A stretch of DNA of 64,000 nucleotides from a virus. The DNA lies in the IMG/VR virus record IMGVR_UViG_3300030104_005504, positions 7,145-71,144 of that record; one strand, written 5' to 3'. The notes beneath the pieces were generated by a model, which did not search any database, was not told the origin of the DNA, and saw nothing but the letters and a program-made list of their open reading frames with translations. Shown in pieces: positions 50,344-58,594 of the stretch. Positions within the stretch are counted from its first letter, which is position 1; each line of letters starts with the position of its first letter. Position numbers and translations under genes: made by a program.

Positions 50344-50417
50344 GGTTGAGTAGCTTAACTGGATAAAGCAACAGCCTTCTAAGCTGTAGAGTGTAGGTTC
50401 GAATCCTACCTCAATCA
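50344..50417 (+). tRNA. tRNA-Arg (UCU)
   Basis: Acceptor GGTTGAG/CTCAATC-A, D arm GCTT...AAGC, anticodon arm ACAGC-CTTCTAA-GCTGT, T arm GTAGG-TTCGAAT-CCTAC; CCA not encoded. Confidence 0.92.
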
Positions 50418-50448
50418 CAATGTAAATACGATTAGTGTAAGATAATAT
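50417..50448 (+). promoter_or_regulatory. early promoter motif copy 5
   Basis: ACAATGTAAATACGA-N9-GATAATAT. Confidence 0.75.
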
Positions 50449-50452
50449 AATT

Positions 50453-50575
50453 ATGAAAATACGACGAAAAGACATAAAAACTAGAGACCCTTATTGGAAA
50501 TTAGCGTCCTTCAAACGTGTTCATAAGAGTAAAAAGACTTATACTAGAAAGAAAAAACATAAGAATAATGAGTAA
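50453..50575 (+). CDS. 40-aa basic peptide, ArfA-reminiscent
   Basis: MKIRRKDIKTRDPYWKLASFKRVHKSKKTYTRKKKHKNNE; directly after a promoter copy. Confidence 0.6.
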   Translation: MKIRRKDIKTRDPYWKLASFKRVHKSKKTYTRKKKHKNNE

Positions 50576-50747
50576 ATTAACAACAGTAACAGTGTTAGAC
50601 TTCATAAAAGGTGAAGTTCACCAATATGATATTGACAAATGGAACATAGATAAGTATTCTATAGAAGATTTTCTATACAATAACGACCATAATGTGAGTA
50701 ATTGTCAGTGGATGGTACACGAAGATGCTACAATATATGTAAAATAA
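50568..50747 (+). CDS. hypothetical protein
   Basis: MSKLTTVTVLDF...NCQWM; ATG 50568 preferred. Confidence 0.65.
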   Translation: MSKLTTVTVLDFIKGEVHQYDIDKWNIDKYSIEDFLYNNDHNVSNCQWMVHEDATIYVK

Positions 50748-50748
50748 T

Positions 50749-51339
50749 ATGAAAAAAGTAAGAACAATGCAAGAAGCATACCGAGTATTTGAATTACTTG
50801 GTATCAAAGAAGTCACTAAACCGTGGCAAAAACGTAAAGGTACTGAAGTATGGGAGTTACCATTTAAAACTATGTACTATAATGGTAGTACAGAAATCAA
50901 TAGATTTACTATTTATAAGAACGGTTATGTTCGTAAAATGATAGTTTATGGTGAAAATAACGCTAGTAAAAGCTGTTATCAACTAAATAGAGTGCGTAAA
51001 GTAGCTAGTTTTATTAAAGATTACAAGTGGTGTGATGAGAGAAATGACTCATTTTGGACTGGTAAATACCGTAAAGTATACAACAACGAGCGAATTATGA
51101 TAGATACTCATAGAGATCGAGTAGTATATTTATGTAATTACATACTAAAAAACTACTATAGGAACAGTAAGTGTGGTTTAGTTGGCGAATATACTATGAA
51201 AAGAGTATCAGAAGTACATGGTGAATGGTGGAGAAACGAAAGAAAACATGACCAATTACCATTTAAATGTGAATCAGAGACTTTCACTAAAGATGAAGTC
51301 AAAGTAATAATCAACGGACACCGTTATAATTTAAGTTAA
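50749..51339 (+). CDS. hypothetical early protein (196 aa)
   Basis: Long ORF with tight spacing. Confidence 0.7.
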   Translation: MKKVRTMQEAYRVFELLGIKEVTKPWQKRKGTEVWELPFKTMYYNGSTEINRFTIYKNGYVRKMIVYGENNASKSCYQLNRVRKVASFIKDYKWCDERNDSFWTGKYRKVYNNERIMIDTHRDRVVYLCNYILKNYYRNSKCGLVGEYTMKRVSEVHGEWWRNERKHDQLPFKCESETFTKDEVKVIINGHRYNLS

Positions 51340-51342
51340 AAT

Positions 51343-51480
51343 ATGTATAAAGTAATAGGAATTTATAAAGGTAATGAAGAAGTATTGGAAAAACAAGTAG
51401 AAACCAAACAAGAAGCTAATCGATTAACACAAGAATATCAAATGTCGTTTGGTAGAGAATGGATAATTTATAATAAATAA
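51343..51480 (+). CDS. 45-aa hypothetical protein
   Basis: MYKVIGIYKGNEEVLE...EANRLTQEYQMSFGREWII. Confidence 0.65.
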   Translation: MYKVIGIYKGNEEVLEKQVETKQEANRLTQEYQMSFGREWIIYNK

Positions 51481-51486
51481 TAAGAT

Positions 51487-51738
51487 ATGATAGAGAAATT
51501 AAAAGACTTAGAACAAGAAGCAATGGACGAGTTAACGCCTGAAGATTACATGGCGATAACCTCTAATGTAATGGACGACTATGAGCGACCAATATACCAA
51601 AGTGGATATATAGATGGCTTACAAACCGCTATAAGATTACTTAGTGAAAATGACTCAAACATGAGCTACAATATAGAGATTGATGAGATGTTTGGTGAAG
51701 ATTATGCTACGATTGATGAAGATGAAAACACAAAATAA
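51487..51738 (+). CDS. acidic hypothetical protein
   Basis: YQSGYIDGL..AI motif; 83 aa. Confidence 0.65.
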   Translation: MIEKLKDLEQEAMDELTPEDYMAITSNVMDDYERPIYQSGYIDGLQTAIRLLSENDSNMSYNIEIDEMFGEDYATIDEDENTK

Positions 51739-51761
51739 ATACGATAACTCGTAGATAATAT
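51730..51761 (+). promoter_or_regulatory. early promoter motif copy 6
   Basis: ACAAAATAAATACGA-N9-GATAATAT. Confidence 0.75.
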
Positions 51762-51765
51762 ATAT

Positions 51766-51975
51766 ATGAAATGTAAATGTAATAAAATAATACCAGAAGG
51801 CCGCCTGCGATTAGGCTTTAAAGTTTGTGTAGATTGCTCGACTGTTTCAAGATACGGTTGTGCTCCAGTCATAAACCACAAAACGGGTAATACTATCCAG
51901 ATAATGTCTAGTGAAGATGCTGCGAAAGTCGCTAAGCTATTCCGCAGGAGAGGCTACGGTACAATGCTAAGATAA
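51766..51975 (+). CDS. DksA/TraR-type C4 zinc finger protein
   Basis: CKC..IPEGRL.....CVDC. Confidence 0.65.
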   Translation: MKCKCNKIIPEGRLRLGFKVCVDCSTVSRYGCAPVINHKTGNTIQIMSSEDAAKVAKLFRRRGYGTMLR

Positions 51976-51976
51976 T

Positions 51977-52387
51977 ATGAATAAAGAAGAATTAAATAAA
52001 GAAATAGAGAAACTAAAGGTTTCACTTGAAGCCCATGAGGAACAAGTAAAAGATTTAAATCACGATTTAAGAACTGCTACGCAGAGATTAGAAGATATTG
52101 ATAAGCCAAAGTTAACTCCAAAACAATTTGATGAGTTGCATAAAGTTATAGAAACTAGCGTGGAAAACTTCGATTTTAACCAAGCTGATAACTATAATGT
52201 AGAAATGGCAATGGAATATGATAATAAAGTGGTATTAGAGCACATAGAATTTGAATGCCATGCTGATTTATACGAGCAAATCATAAGAGATGTTGAAAGT
52301 TTATTTGGCGTAGCTGATGAAAGTGACGACGACAAAAATACACGCTATTGGGATAGCGATGGAAATGTTGCCTCGCCAAGCGAATAA
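51977..52387 (+). CDS. hypothetical protein with N-terminal coiled coil
   Basis: 136-aa ORF. Confidence 0.65.
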   Translation: MNKEELNKEIEKLKVSLEAHEEQVKDLNHDLRTATQRLEDIDKPKLTPKQFDELHKVIETSVENFDFNQADNYNVEMAMEYDNKVVLEHIEFECHADLYEQIIRDVESLFGVADESDDDKNTRYWDSDGNVASPSE

Positions 52388-52399
52388 TCAGTTATAAAC

Positions 52400-52866
52400 G
52401 AGCGTGGGTTGTAATCACCTGAACAAAATAATGCGCTCAAACGCGAGGGAATAAAGTCGAAAATGTGACTTGTCCTAGGAAAAAAAGACTTCCCTCGCAC
52501 GTCTCCAGAGATAATAACCTTTACGTGGTTGGAGATATAAGTAGGAAGTGTTTAGATACAACTGAAACTAATAATTATCAAGTGATCTGACTATATCTAT
52601 GTATAAAGATGAGGTTGGTCACCGTGAACTAGGTGGTTCAATGTAGGATAAAGCGATTAAAACAAACTCTAAGGTTCGCGATGGAATAGTAGGCGAAGTC
52701 ATGCTATAGAAGTCGAAGGGATAAGGTTTTATAGAACCACTCCTACGGTTCACAACAGCTTGAACTGGGCGATGTCCGCAAAGAGGGGATGACGTGAGCA
52801 ATCACAAGTATTACCCGCTGGGTCGTTACCTGACGAGGTGGGAGGTTCGATCCCTCCCCAAGCTGC
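52400..52866 (+). ncRNA. large structured ncRNA candidate with tRNA-like 3' domain
   Basis: GC-richer ~470-nt gap with consecutive stems (52400-52438, 52443-52498, 52502-52535, 52624-52753), then CAGCTTG/CAAGCTG acceptor and GGAGG-TTCGATC-CCTCC T arm. Confidence 0.65.
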
Positions 52867-52870
52867 TAAC

Positions 52871-52902
52871 ACAAATTAAATACGAATAAAGTAAGATAAT
52901 AT
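52871..52902 (+). promoter_or_regulatory. early promoter motif copy 7
   Basis: ACAAATTAAATACGA-N9-GATAATAT. Confidence 0.75.
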
Positions 52903-52906
52903 ATTT

Positions 52907-53137
52907 ATGAAGAATTTATACAACAGACTCAAACCAGATATTCTGGCGAGTATAAACGAAGATAAACAAAAGTATCCTTTTACAACTAGAGCATTAAAGC
53001 TTAAACTTAAATCTACTTATGATTGGTCAGAGTTGTCAATAGGTAATGTTCATTCAATAATTAACCATTCTCATATAAATTTAGTTGATATTTGTCAAAC
53101 AGATTTATTATTCGGAGTCAGTTTTTTGAAAAAATAA
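52907..53137 (+). CDS. hypothetical protein
   Basis: MKNLYNRLKP...KYP; directly after a promoter copy. Confidence 0.7.
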   Translation: MKNLYNRLKPDILASINEDKQKYPFTTRALKLKLKSTYDWSELSIGNVHSIINHSHINLVDICQTDLLFGVSFLKK

Positions 53138-53141
53138 CAAT

Positions 53142-53246
53142 ATGGAGTGGGAAATAATAAATAATGGAAATATGTTAAGTATAACAGGAGTAATATTAGC
53201 TTATTTGATATTTTTTATAATATCTATAATAGGTGTAAAACAATAA
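53142..53246 (+). CDS. 34-aa membrane micropeptide
   Basis: MEWEIINNGNMLSITGVILAYLIFFIISIIGVKQ; fills the gap between genes. Confidence 0.5.
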   Translation: MEWEIINNGNMLSITGVILAYLIFFIISIIGVKQ

Positions 53247-53249
53247 AAT

Positions 53250-53669
53250 ATGGCAACAAGAGCAACAATAAGTATTGCTAGACGTGAAGAAGGAGTATCG
53301 TTTAGCGAAAAACCAAACAAGACAATTGTGGACATCTATCATCACTATGATGGATATCCTGAAGGATTAGGTGTGACATTAGCATCTTATCTTGATGATA
53401 AAGCAATTACAAATGGATTAGGTAATAGAGATGATTATGATTATTTCAATGGATTGGGTTGTTTAGCTGCATCACTTATAGCTGAACTAAAAGATGGTCC
53501 AGGAAACGTGTATATAGAAGACAAAGATCGACCACATGGTTGGTTAGATTATAAGTATTATGTGTGGGGAGATGATAATAAAGGTATATGGATTAGTATA
53601 TTTGATGGTGACGAATGTATATTTGTAGGAAAACCTAGACATTTATTAAAAAAATACTATCAAGGATAA
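53250..53669 (+). CDS. conserved phage protein (MxTR...YxHxDGYP family)
   Basis: MATRATI...IYHHYDGYPEGLG. Confidence 0.75.
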   Translation: MATRATISIARREEGVSFSEKPNKTIVDIYHHYDGYPEGLGVTLASYLDDKAITNGLGNRDDYDYFNGLGCLAASLIAELKDGPGNVYIEDKDRPHGWLDYKYYVWGDDNKGIWISIFDGDECIFVGKPRHLLKKYYQG

Positions 53670-53670
53670 C

Positions 53671-53702
53671 ACGAACTAAATACGATAACCTATGGATAAT
53701 AT
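53671..53702 (+). promoter_or_regulatory. early promoter motif copy 8
   Basis: ACGAACTAAATACGA-N9-GATAATAT. Confidence 0.65.
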
Positions 53703-53979
53703 AAAAGATGAAAATTTAAAACGACTAGGTAAATTTATAGCTGAAGAGCTAATTGACCTAGCAAGAGAAACTAACAGTGAAGATTGGGTGGAAGAGAATA
53801 TGCGAGACCACATGATTGGCGAGTTAGCACGTTGTGTCACCCTTCAAAATCTATACTTAGATCGCGAAGAGTTCGAAAAATGTGCTATCATGAAAATAAG
53901 AATTATGGAATTAAGTGATAGGCTTGACCTACCAATCGACACTGATTTAACAAACTTAGAAGATGAAGATGAAATATAA
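53692..53979 (+). CDS. hypothetical protein with UVR-like EEFEKC motif
   Basis: YLDREEFEKCAIMK; start uncertain. Confidence 0.6.
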   Translation: MDNIKDENLKRLGKFIAEELIDLARETNSEDWVEENMRDHMIGELARCVTLQNLYLDREEFEKCAIMKIRIMELSDRLDLPIDTDLTNLEDEDEI

Positions 53980-54811
53980 ACCAATGTTAGCTTACCCAGT
54001 AAGCGCAAAACCAATAGACTATAGTAAACCAGTGTTTATGCAACCAAAACTAGATGGCGTTAGATGCTTAATACAGTATGACAATGGCGTAGTAACTGCG
54101 TACTCACGTACAGGTAAAGTGTGGAAAAATATCGACCATATAACCTGGAACTTATACAAGTTCTTTGACAAACACCCAAATGTTGTACTTGACGGTGAGT
54201 TGTATAATCATGATTTTAGAGATGATTTCGAACAAATCATATCTATGGTCAGAAAAACAAAACCAACTGCCGAGGCACGTATTAAATCACGCGAAAACGT
54301 ACAGTTTCATTGTTACGATATTGTAAATAAAAAGATGAAGTTTAGTACACGTGACAAATGGTTGTTAGACAACTTAGTAGAAAGCTACTGTGTAAAACAT
54401 GTAGACACCATATCTATAAACTCTGATAATCAAGCCTCGAGAGAGCATTTGATAAATCTTAATGGAGGTTACGAAGGTTCTATTGTAAGATTAGATACAC
54501 CCTACCAATGTAGGAGGTCTCATAGTCTTAGAAAGTTCAAAGATTTCAGCGATGCTGAAGCTAATATTGTTGGTTATGAAGAGGGTAAAGGCAAAAGAAC
54601 CGGCACGCTAGGTAAGTTTATAATGCAAGATGATGATGGAAATCAATTCGGTTGTCCACCAGGTAAAGGTCATAATTATAAAGATCTTGCACTGATGCTT
54701 GCTAATATCCATGAATACATGGGTCAGCGTGCTACCTTTACATATTTTGAGAGAACTAAGGCGGGATCGTACCGCCATCCACTATATAAATGTATAAGAA
54801 ATTATGAATAA
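53963..54811 (+). CDS. ATP-dependent DNA ligase
   Basis: PMLA, QPKLDGVRC, LDGELY, YEGSIVR, KFK, OB-fold C-terminus. Confidence 0.92.
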   Translation: MKMKYKPMLAYPVSAKPIDYSKPVFMQPKLDGVRCLIQYDNGVVTAYSRTGKVWKNIDHITWNLYKFFDKHPNVVLDGELYNHDFRDDFEQIISMVRKTKPTAEARIKSRENVQFHCYDIVNKKMKFSTRDKWLLDNLVESYCVKHVDTISINSDNQASREHLINLNGGYEGSIVRLDTPYQCRRSHSLRKFKDFSDAEANIVGYEEGKGKRTGTLGKFIMQDDDGNQFGCPPGKGHNYKDLALMLANIHEYMGQRATFTYFERTKAGSYRHPLYKCIRNYE

Positions 54812-55055
54812 AGAAATATTAAAGTATGTAGATGATAATGATTGGGAACTTAAACATAGTGTCGATGCGTTATCTTATGCTGCTATAAAAACAGCTAATT
54901 TATTCTCAGATGTAGAACCTATGGAGGTTATAAAATTTATGCTAGGTGATATACCAATAAAAGCACGTTTCACGCATAGCTATGGATTTCATACTAGAGA
55001 AGGCAGAGGAATAAGAGAGTTTTTTGGCACTAAATACCACGAATATGCAGAATAA
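54804..55055 (+). CDS. hypothetical protein
   Basis: THSYGFHT..GR; overlaps the ligase stop. Confidence 0.6.
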   Translation: MNKEILKYVDDNDWELKHSVDALSYAAIKTANLFSDVEPMEVIKFMLGDIPIKARFTHSYGFHTREGRGIREFFGTKYHEYAE

Positions 55056-55147
55056 AAGATTAAAAATAGCAATAGAAAAATTTAATAAGATTAAATATAA
55101 AAAAGATAATTCTAAAAGAATTATTATAGGAACGTTAAAACCAAACT

Positions 55148-55193
55148 GTGACAAAAGCCTTAAATAACTATATAGTAGGAGGCTAATGTCACA
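55148..55193. repeat. imperfect inverted repeat GTGACAAAAGCCT-N~19-AGGCTAATGTCAC (copy 2)
   Basis: Matches 48938-48984; 12 nt upstream of the HTH gene. Confidence 0.7.
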
Positions 55194-55204
55194 AATTAAA
55201 TAAC

Positions 55205-55825
55205 ATGGATAGAAGATTTAAATACTTATGGGACAAGCAGGTTGTCTATAGGAGAGATCCAATAACCGATATACCAGATGAAGAAACGGATACATACATG
55301 TTTTATAAAGATGGTACACACCAGTGTTATGATTTATTTAGAAGTAAAGCGAAAATTACAACATGGAGATCGTTTTACTGGCACATGCTAGTATTATGGC
55401 ATTTAAATCCTGAGTGGGAAGATTCTGATGCTATGGAAGTGGCAACTTACTTAGCATATAAACCAAATGGCTTTACTACATTCAACATGAACAAGTGGAA
55501 TATAGCTAGATTGGTATACGAGGTGTCTGTGTTGGATTTAGAAACACCTCCACAAAATAAGCTTAGAAAAATTATATTTAAACCTAATTGTGGTTTAGAT
55601 AAAACAGAAAAGTTAAAGATAGTGGGTAAACTAATAGGTAGATTAAGAGGTATTCAAAAAGAAGACATATATGAAACCATGTTATTAATGAACGAGGAAG
55701 ATCAAAAGGTAACTATAGCTAAATTAGCTGATAGTTTAAGAGTAACACCTAGAACTATACATCGACATATGTGTAAAGAGTTGAAACAAATAAAAGAAGA
55801 ATTAAATGAAGAGATTAATATATGA
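55205..55825 (+). CDS. DNA-binding protein with C-terminal HTH (Rep/initiator-like candidate)
   Basis: VTIAKLADSLRVTPRTIHRH helix-turn-helix. Confidence 0.6.
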   Translation: MDRRFKYLWDKQVVYRRDPITDIPDEETDTYMFYKDGTHQCYDLFRSKAKITTWRSFYWHMLVLWHLNPEWEDSDAMEVATYLAYKPNGFTTFNMNKWNIARLVYEVSVLDLETPPQNKLRKIIFKPNCGLDKTEKLKIVGKLIGRLRGIQKEDIYETMLLMNEEDQKVTIAKLADSLRVTPRTIHRHMCKELKQIKEELNEEINI

Positions 55826-55913
55826 CCTGTATTATGCAGATAAAATAACTAAAGAAGTAGCTATACAGTTATTAGATAAATGGAGTTACGGATATAATAA
55901 AAGAAAATACTAA
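55806..55913 (+). CDS. 35-aa hypothetical protein
   Basis: MKRLIYDLYYADKITKEVAIQLLDKWSYGYNKRKY. Confidence 0.5.
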   Translation: MKRLIYDLYYADKITKEVAIQLLDKWSYGYNKRKY

Positions 55914-55914
55914 T

Positions 55915-56274
55915 ATGACTAGAATAAACGTGGGAATACACCCAGCTGAGTTAACAGATAAACATCTGTTAGCTGAACACAGAGAAATAAAACGTATACC
56001 AAACTGTGTAGCTAAAGGTAAATACAATATGGATGGTGTACCAAATAGATTTAAATTAGGTAAGGGACATGTTAAGTTCTTTTATAATAAGTTATTATAT
56101 TTAAGTAAAAGATACCTACAGTTATACAAAGAATGTATAGCAAGAGGTTTTAATGTACAAAACTATATAGAGGCATGGACAGATATACCAATAGAACTAA
56201 TGAATGATTACTATCCAACAAAAGAAGATAGGTTGATAGTACAACAAAGAATTAACGAAAAATTAAATAAATGA
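55915..56274 (+). CDS. denV: pyrimidine dimer DNA glycosylase/endonuclease V
   Basis: MTRIN, LTDKHLLAEHREIKRI, FKLGKGHVKFFYNKL, ECIARGF. Confidence 0.92.
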   Translation: MTRINVGIHPAELTDKHLLAEHREIKRIPNCVAKGKYNMDGVPNRFKLGKGHVKFFYNKLLYLSKRYLQLYKECIARGFNVQNYIEAWTDIPIELMNDYYPTKEDRLIVQQRINEKLNK

Positions 56275-57026
56275 AGAAATATCACGTACAAAACTATGTA
56301 AGATGGAAAAAAGATATGGAACAGTCTTTAAAAAGATTACCTAGCACATCTTATGATAAACTTAATAGAAGTCAATTGATAACTAAATTTTTACCATTAG
56401 TAGAGAATTTAGCTAGGAGGTTTTCAACATCCCAACAAGCTAGTGGAGTTATGAGTATAATGGATATTATACAAGAAGGTAATTACGGTCTATGCGCTGG
56501 TGTAGATCGAATAGAGTGGGATACTGTATTAGCAGCTGAAGATCAAGAAAAAAGATTAAAGTCATTTTTATCTAAAAGAATTAAAGGTGCTATACGTAGA
56601 GGTATTGATACAAACAGGGGTAGCATGCGTATACCAGAGCACAAACTAAATGAAATACGTAAAGACTTTGGAGAAGACAAGCGTATGGTATCTATGTTTT
56701 TTAATTCTGTGTTTACCAGTCTAGATGCTGGCACACCAGAGCAGCAGAATGCAGCTTATAATATACCCGAGGTTAAAGAGTATAACAAAGAACTCTTATC
56801 GGCTTATGTAAAAAGCTTAATGCTACAACACTTAAATCCTAAAGAATATCAAGTGCTAAGACTATCTTATGGACTTGATTGTGATAAGCATTCTGCTAAA
56901 GAAATAGCGTATATACTAGGTATAAAAGGTAGTAGTTCTTATGTTAGAATTTCACAGTTAAAAAAACAAGCAATTAACAAGTTAATTGACAACGTTTCAC
57001 ACTCGCAAGTGATTGACTATCTGTAG
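56271..57026 (+). CDS. phage sigma70-family factor
   Basis: LPLVENLARRF...DIIQEGNYGL (region 2), MRIPEH (region 3), L..KEYQVLRLSYGL...SAKEIA..LG...RISQLK..AI.KL (region 4). Confidence 0.85.
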   Translation: MKKYHVQNYVRWKKDMEQSLKRLPSTSYDKLNRSQLITKFLPLVENLARRFSTSQQASGVMSIMDIIQEGNYGLCAGVDRIEWDTVLAAEDQEKRLKSFLSKRIKGAIRRGIDTNRGSMRIPEHKLNEIRKDFGEDKRMVSMFFNSVFTSLDAGTPEQQNAAYNIPEVKEYNKELLSAYVKSLMLQHLNPKEYQVLRLSYGLDCDKHSAKEIAYILGIKGSSSYVRISQLKKQAINKLIDNVSHSQVIDYL

Positions 57027-57064
57027 GTTAGAAGTAATTTACTAATGTAAATAATAAATAGAAT

Positions 57065-57083
57065 ATGTAATTATATATATAGA
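57065..57083 (+). promoter_or_regulatory. putative middle/late promoter (ATGTAATTATATATATAGA)
   Basis: Same TGTAA[CT][TA]AT core as the minus-strand late motifs; upstream of ERF. Confidence 0.45.
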
Positions 57084-57099
57084 CCAAAACCAATAAACC

Positions 57100-57657
57100 A
57101 TGAAGAATTTAAACCAAAAACTAGCAGTCATACAGACTGAATTAAAAGCAAAAAAATCTTCGTATAATTCTTTCGGAAAATACTATTTCCGTAAAGCCGA
57201 AGATATACTCGAGGCAGTAAAGCCTTTCTTACTTAGAGAAGGTGTATCAGTTAGGGTCGATGAAGACCTTATATATGAATCACCACCTACAATTCAATCA
57301 ACAGCCACAATTTCCGATGGCGAAAATTCAATTAAAGCAACAGCAATAGTTGGTGTAGACCTTAATCAAAAAGGTATGCAGACGGCTCAACAATTTGGAG
57401 CAGCTTCATCTTACGGGAAAAAGTATGCATTAGGCAACTTATTTCTAATTGATGATACAGCTGATGCTGACTCGACTAATAGTCATGGGAAAGCAGCACA
57501 AATAGTTAATAAAGCTAAAGCTAAAATGACTGAAGAACAATATAAAAAAGCTGTTGAGTTTGTTAAAGGAGGAGGAGCTATTACTGCTATCGAGTCTAAA
57601 TATGCTGTTACACCAGACCAAAAATCAGGATTAACAAGAATAAAAATATCTAATTAA
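57100..57657 (+). CDS. ERF-family ssDNA annealing protein
   Basis: LKAKKS.YNSFGKY.FR..EDILEAVKP, Q..GAASSYGKKYAL.NLFLIDD..DAD. Confidence 0.88.
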   Translation: MKNLNQKLAVIQTELKAKKSSYNSFGKYYFRKAEDILEAVKPFLLREGVSVRVDEDLIYESPPTIQSTATISDGENSIKATAIVGVDLNQKGMQTAQQFGAASSYGKKYALGNLFLIDDTADADSTNSHGKAAQIVNKAKAKMTEEQYKKAVEFVKGGGAITAIESKYAVTPDQKSGLTRIKISN

Positions 57658-58397
57658 TGGATAAAAAAATAATAGAAAAACTAAAACAGGACGAACATTA
57701 CTATGGAGATTATGGTAAACAGTTCTTAAGTAATTCAAACATATCTACATTACTTAAAAATCCTAGGTTGTTAAGAGAAGATAAACCTAAAACATCAGCA
57801 ATGGTGATAGGAGGCTATTTTCACACTACAATACTAGAACCTGATAAGCTTGATAAATTCAAGATTATTAAGTCTACAACTAGGAATACTAAGCATTATA
57901 AAGAGATGTCTGGAGGTGAGATCTGTCTACTTCAACACGAGGTTGATAAAATAGAATTAATGAAAGAAGCTGTTATGGATAATGAAGTTTGTAGAGATCT
58001 TATATTAGGATCTGACTTTGAAAGAACTGTTGATTACGAGGTTCCAGGTTATACTGAGATATTCGGTAATAACTGGAAAGGTAAAGCAGATATTATTAAC
58101 CATGATGAACAATTAATTATAGACTTAAAAACTACTAGTGATCTAGATAAGTTCAGATGGTCTGCTTCTAAGTTTAACTATGATAGTCAAGCTTATATCT
58201 ATAGACTCCTATTTGATTATGATATGTTATTTATGGTAATAGATAAAGAAACATTACAAATAGGATTGTTCGACTGTTCTGGTGATTTTTATGCGTCCGG
58301 TATGGACAAAGTGCGTAAAGCTACTGACGCGTACGATCTGTTCTATAAGACAGATGATTTTGACAGTAAGCAATATTTAATAACTAAAACCTTATAA
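57657..58397 (+). CDS. PD-(D/E)XK exonuclease (RecE/DUF3799-like)
   Basis: LSNS, G..FH..ILEP, KGKAD, IDLKTT, YDSQAYIY. Confidence 0.82.
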   Translation: MDKKIIEKLKQDEHYYGDYGKQFLSNSNISTLLKNPRLLREDKPKTSAMVIGGYFHTTILEPDKLDKFKIIKSTTRNTKHYKEMSGGEICLLQHEVDKIELMKEAVMDNEVCRDLILGSDFERTVDYEVPGYTEIFGNNWKGKADIINHDEQLIIDLKTTSDLDKFRWSASKFNYDSQAYIYRLLFDYDMLFMVIDKETLQIGLFDCSGDFYASGMDKVRKATDAYDLFYKTDDFDSKQYLITKTL

Positions 58398-58400
58398 ACC

Positions 58401-58592
58401 ATGAGTAAATATAAGATGAAAACCTGTTTAATATCAGGCAAGAGATTTAAGGCAACGAAGGACAATTTTTATTTCAATGCAAGCTCCGCTGATAAGCTAC
58501 ACCCTTATCATAAAAAATATGATAATTTCAGAAGAGTTACAGGTGCTTCTGTTGATAAAGTAAAAGAATTAGTAACATTAATAAATGGATAA
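58401..58592 (+). CDS. small hypothetical protein
   Basis: KTCLISGKRF....NFY...ADKLHPYHK, resembles a degenerate zinc knuckle. Confidence 0.55.
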   Translation: MSKYKMKTCLISGKRFKATKDNFYFNASSADKLHPYHKKYDNFRRVTGASVDKVKELVTLING

Positions 58593-58594
58593 AT

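Noticed and set aside
52400-52866. tmRNA or group I/II intron
   Set aside because: No GGGG 5' end, G3:U70 or ACCA end, no tag ORF, no intron core motifs and no interrupted gene recognised
48512-53702. Repeated TAAATACGA motif as a CRISPR array
   Set aside because: Irregular spacing (120-1300 bp), variable central 9 nt, whole genes between copies, no cas genes
55045-55167. 40-aa basic ORF (MQNKRLKIAIEK...)
   Set aside because: Possible but unsupported; it runs into the inverted repeat and has no recognisable motif
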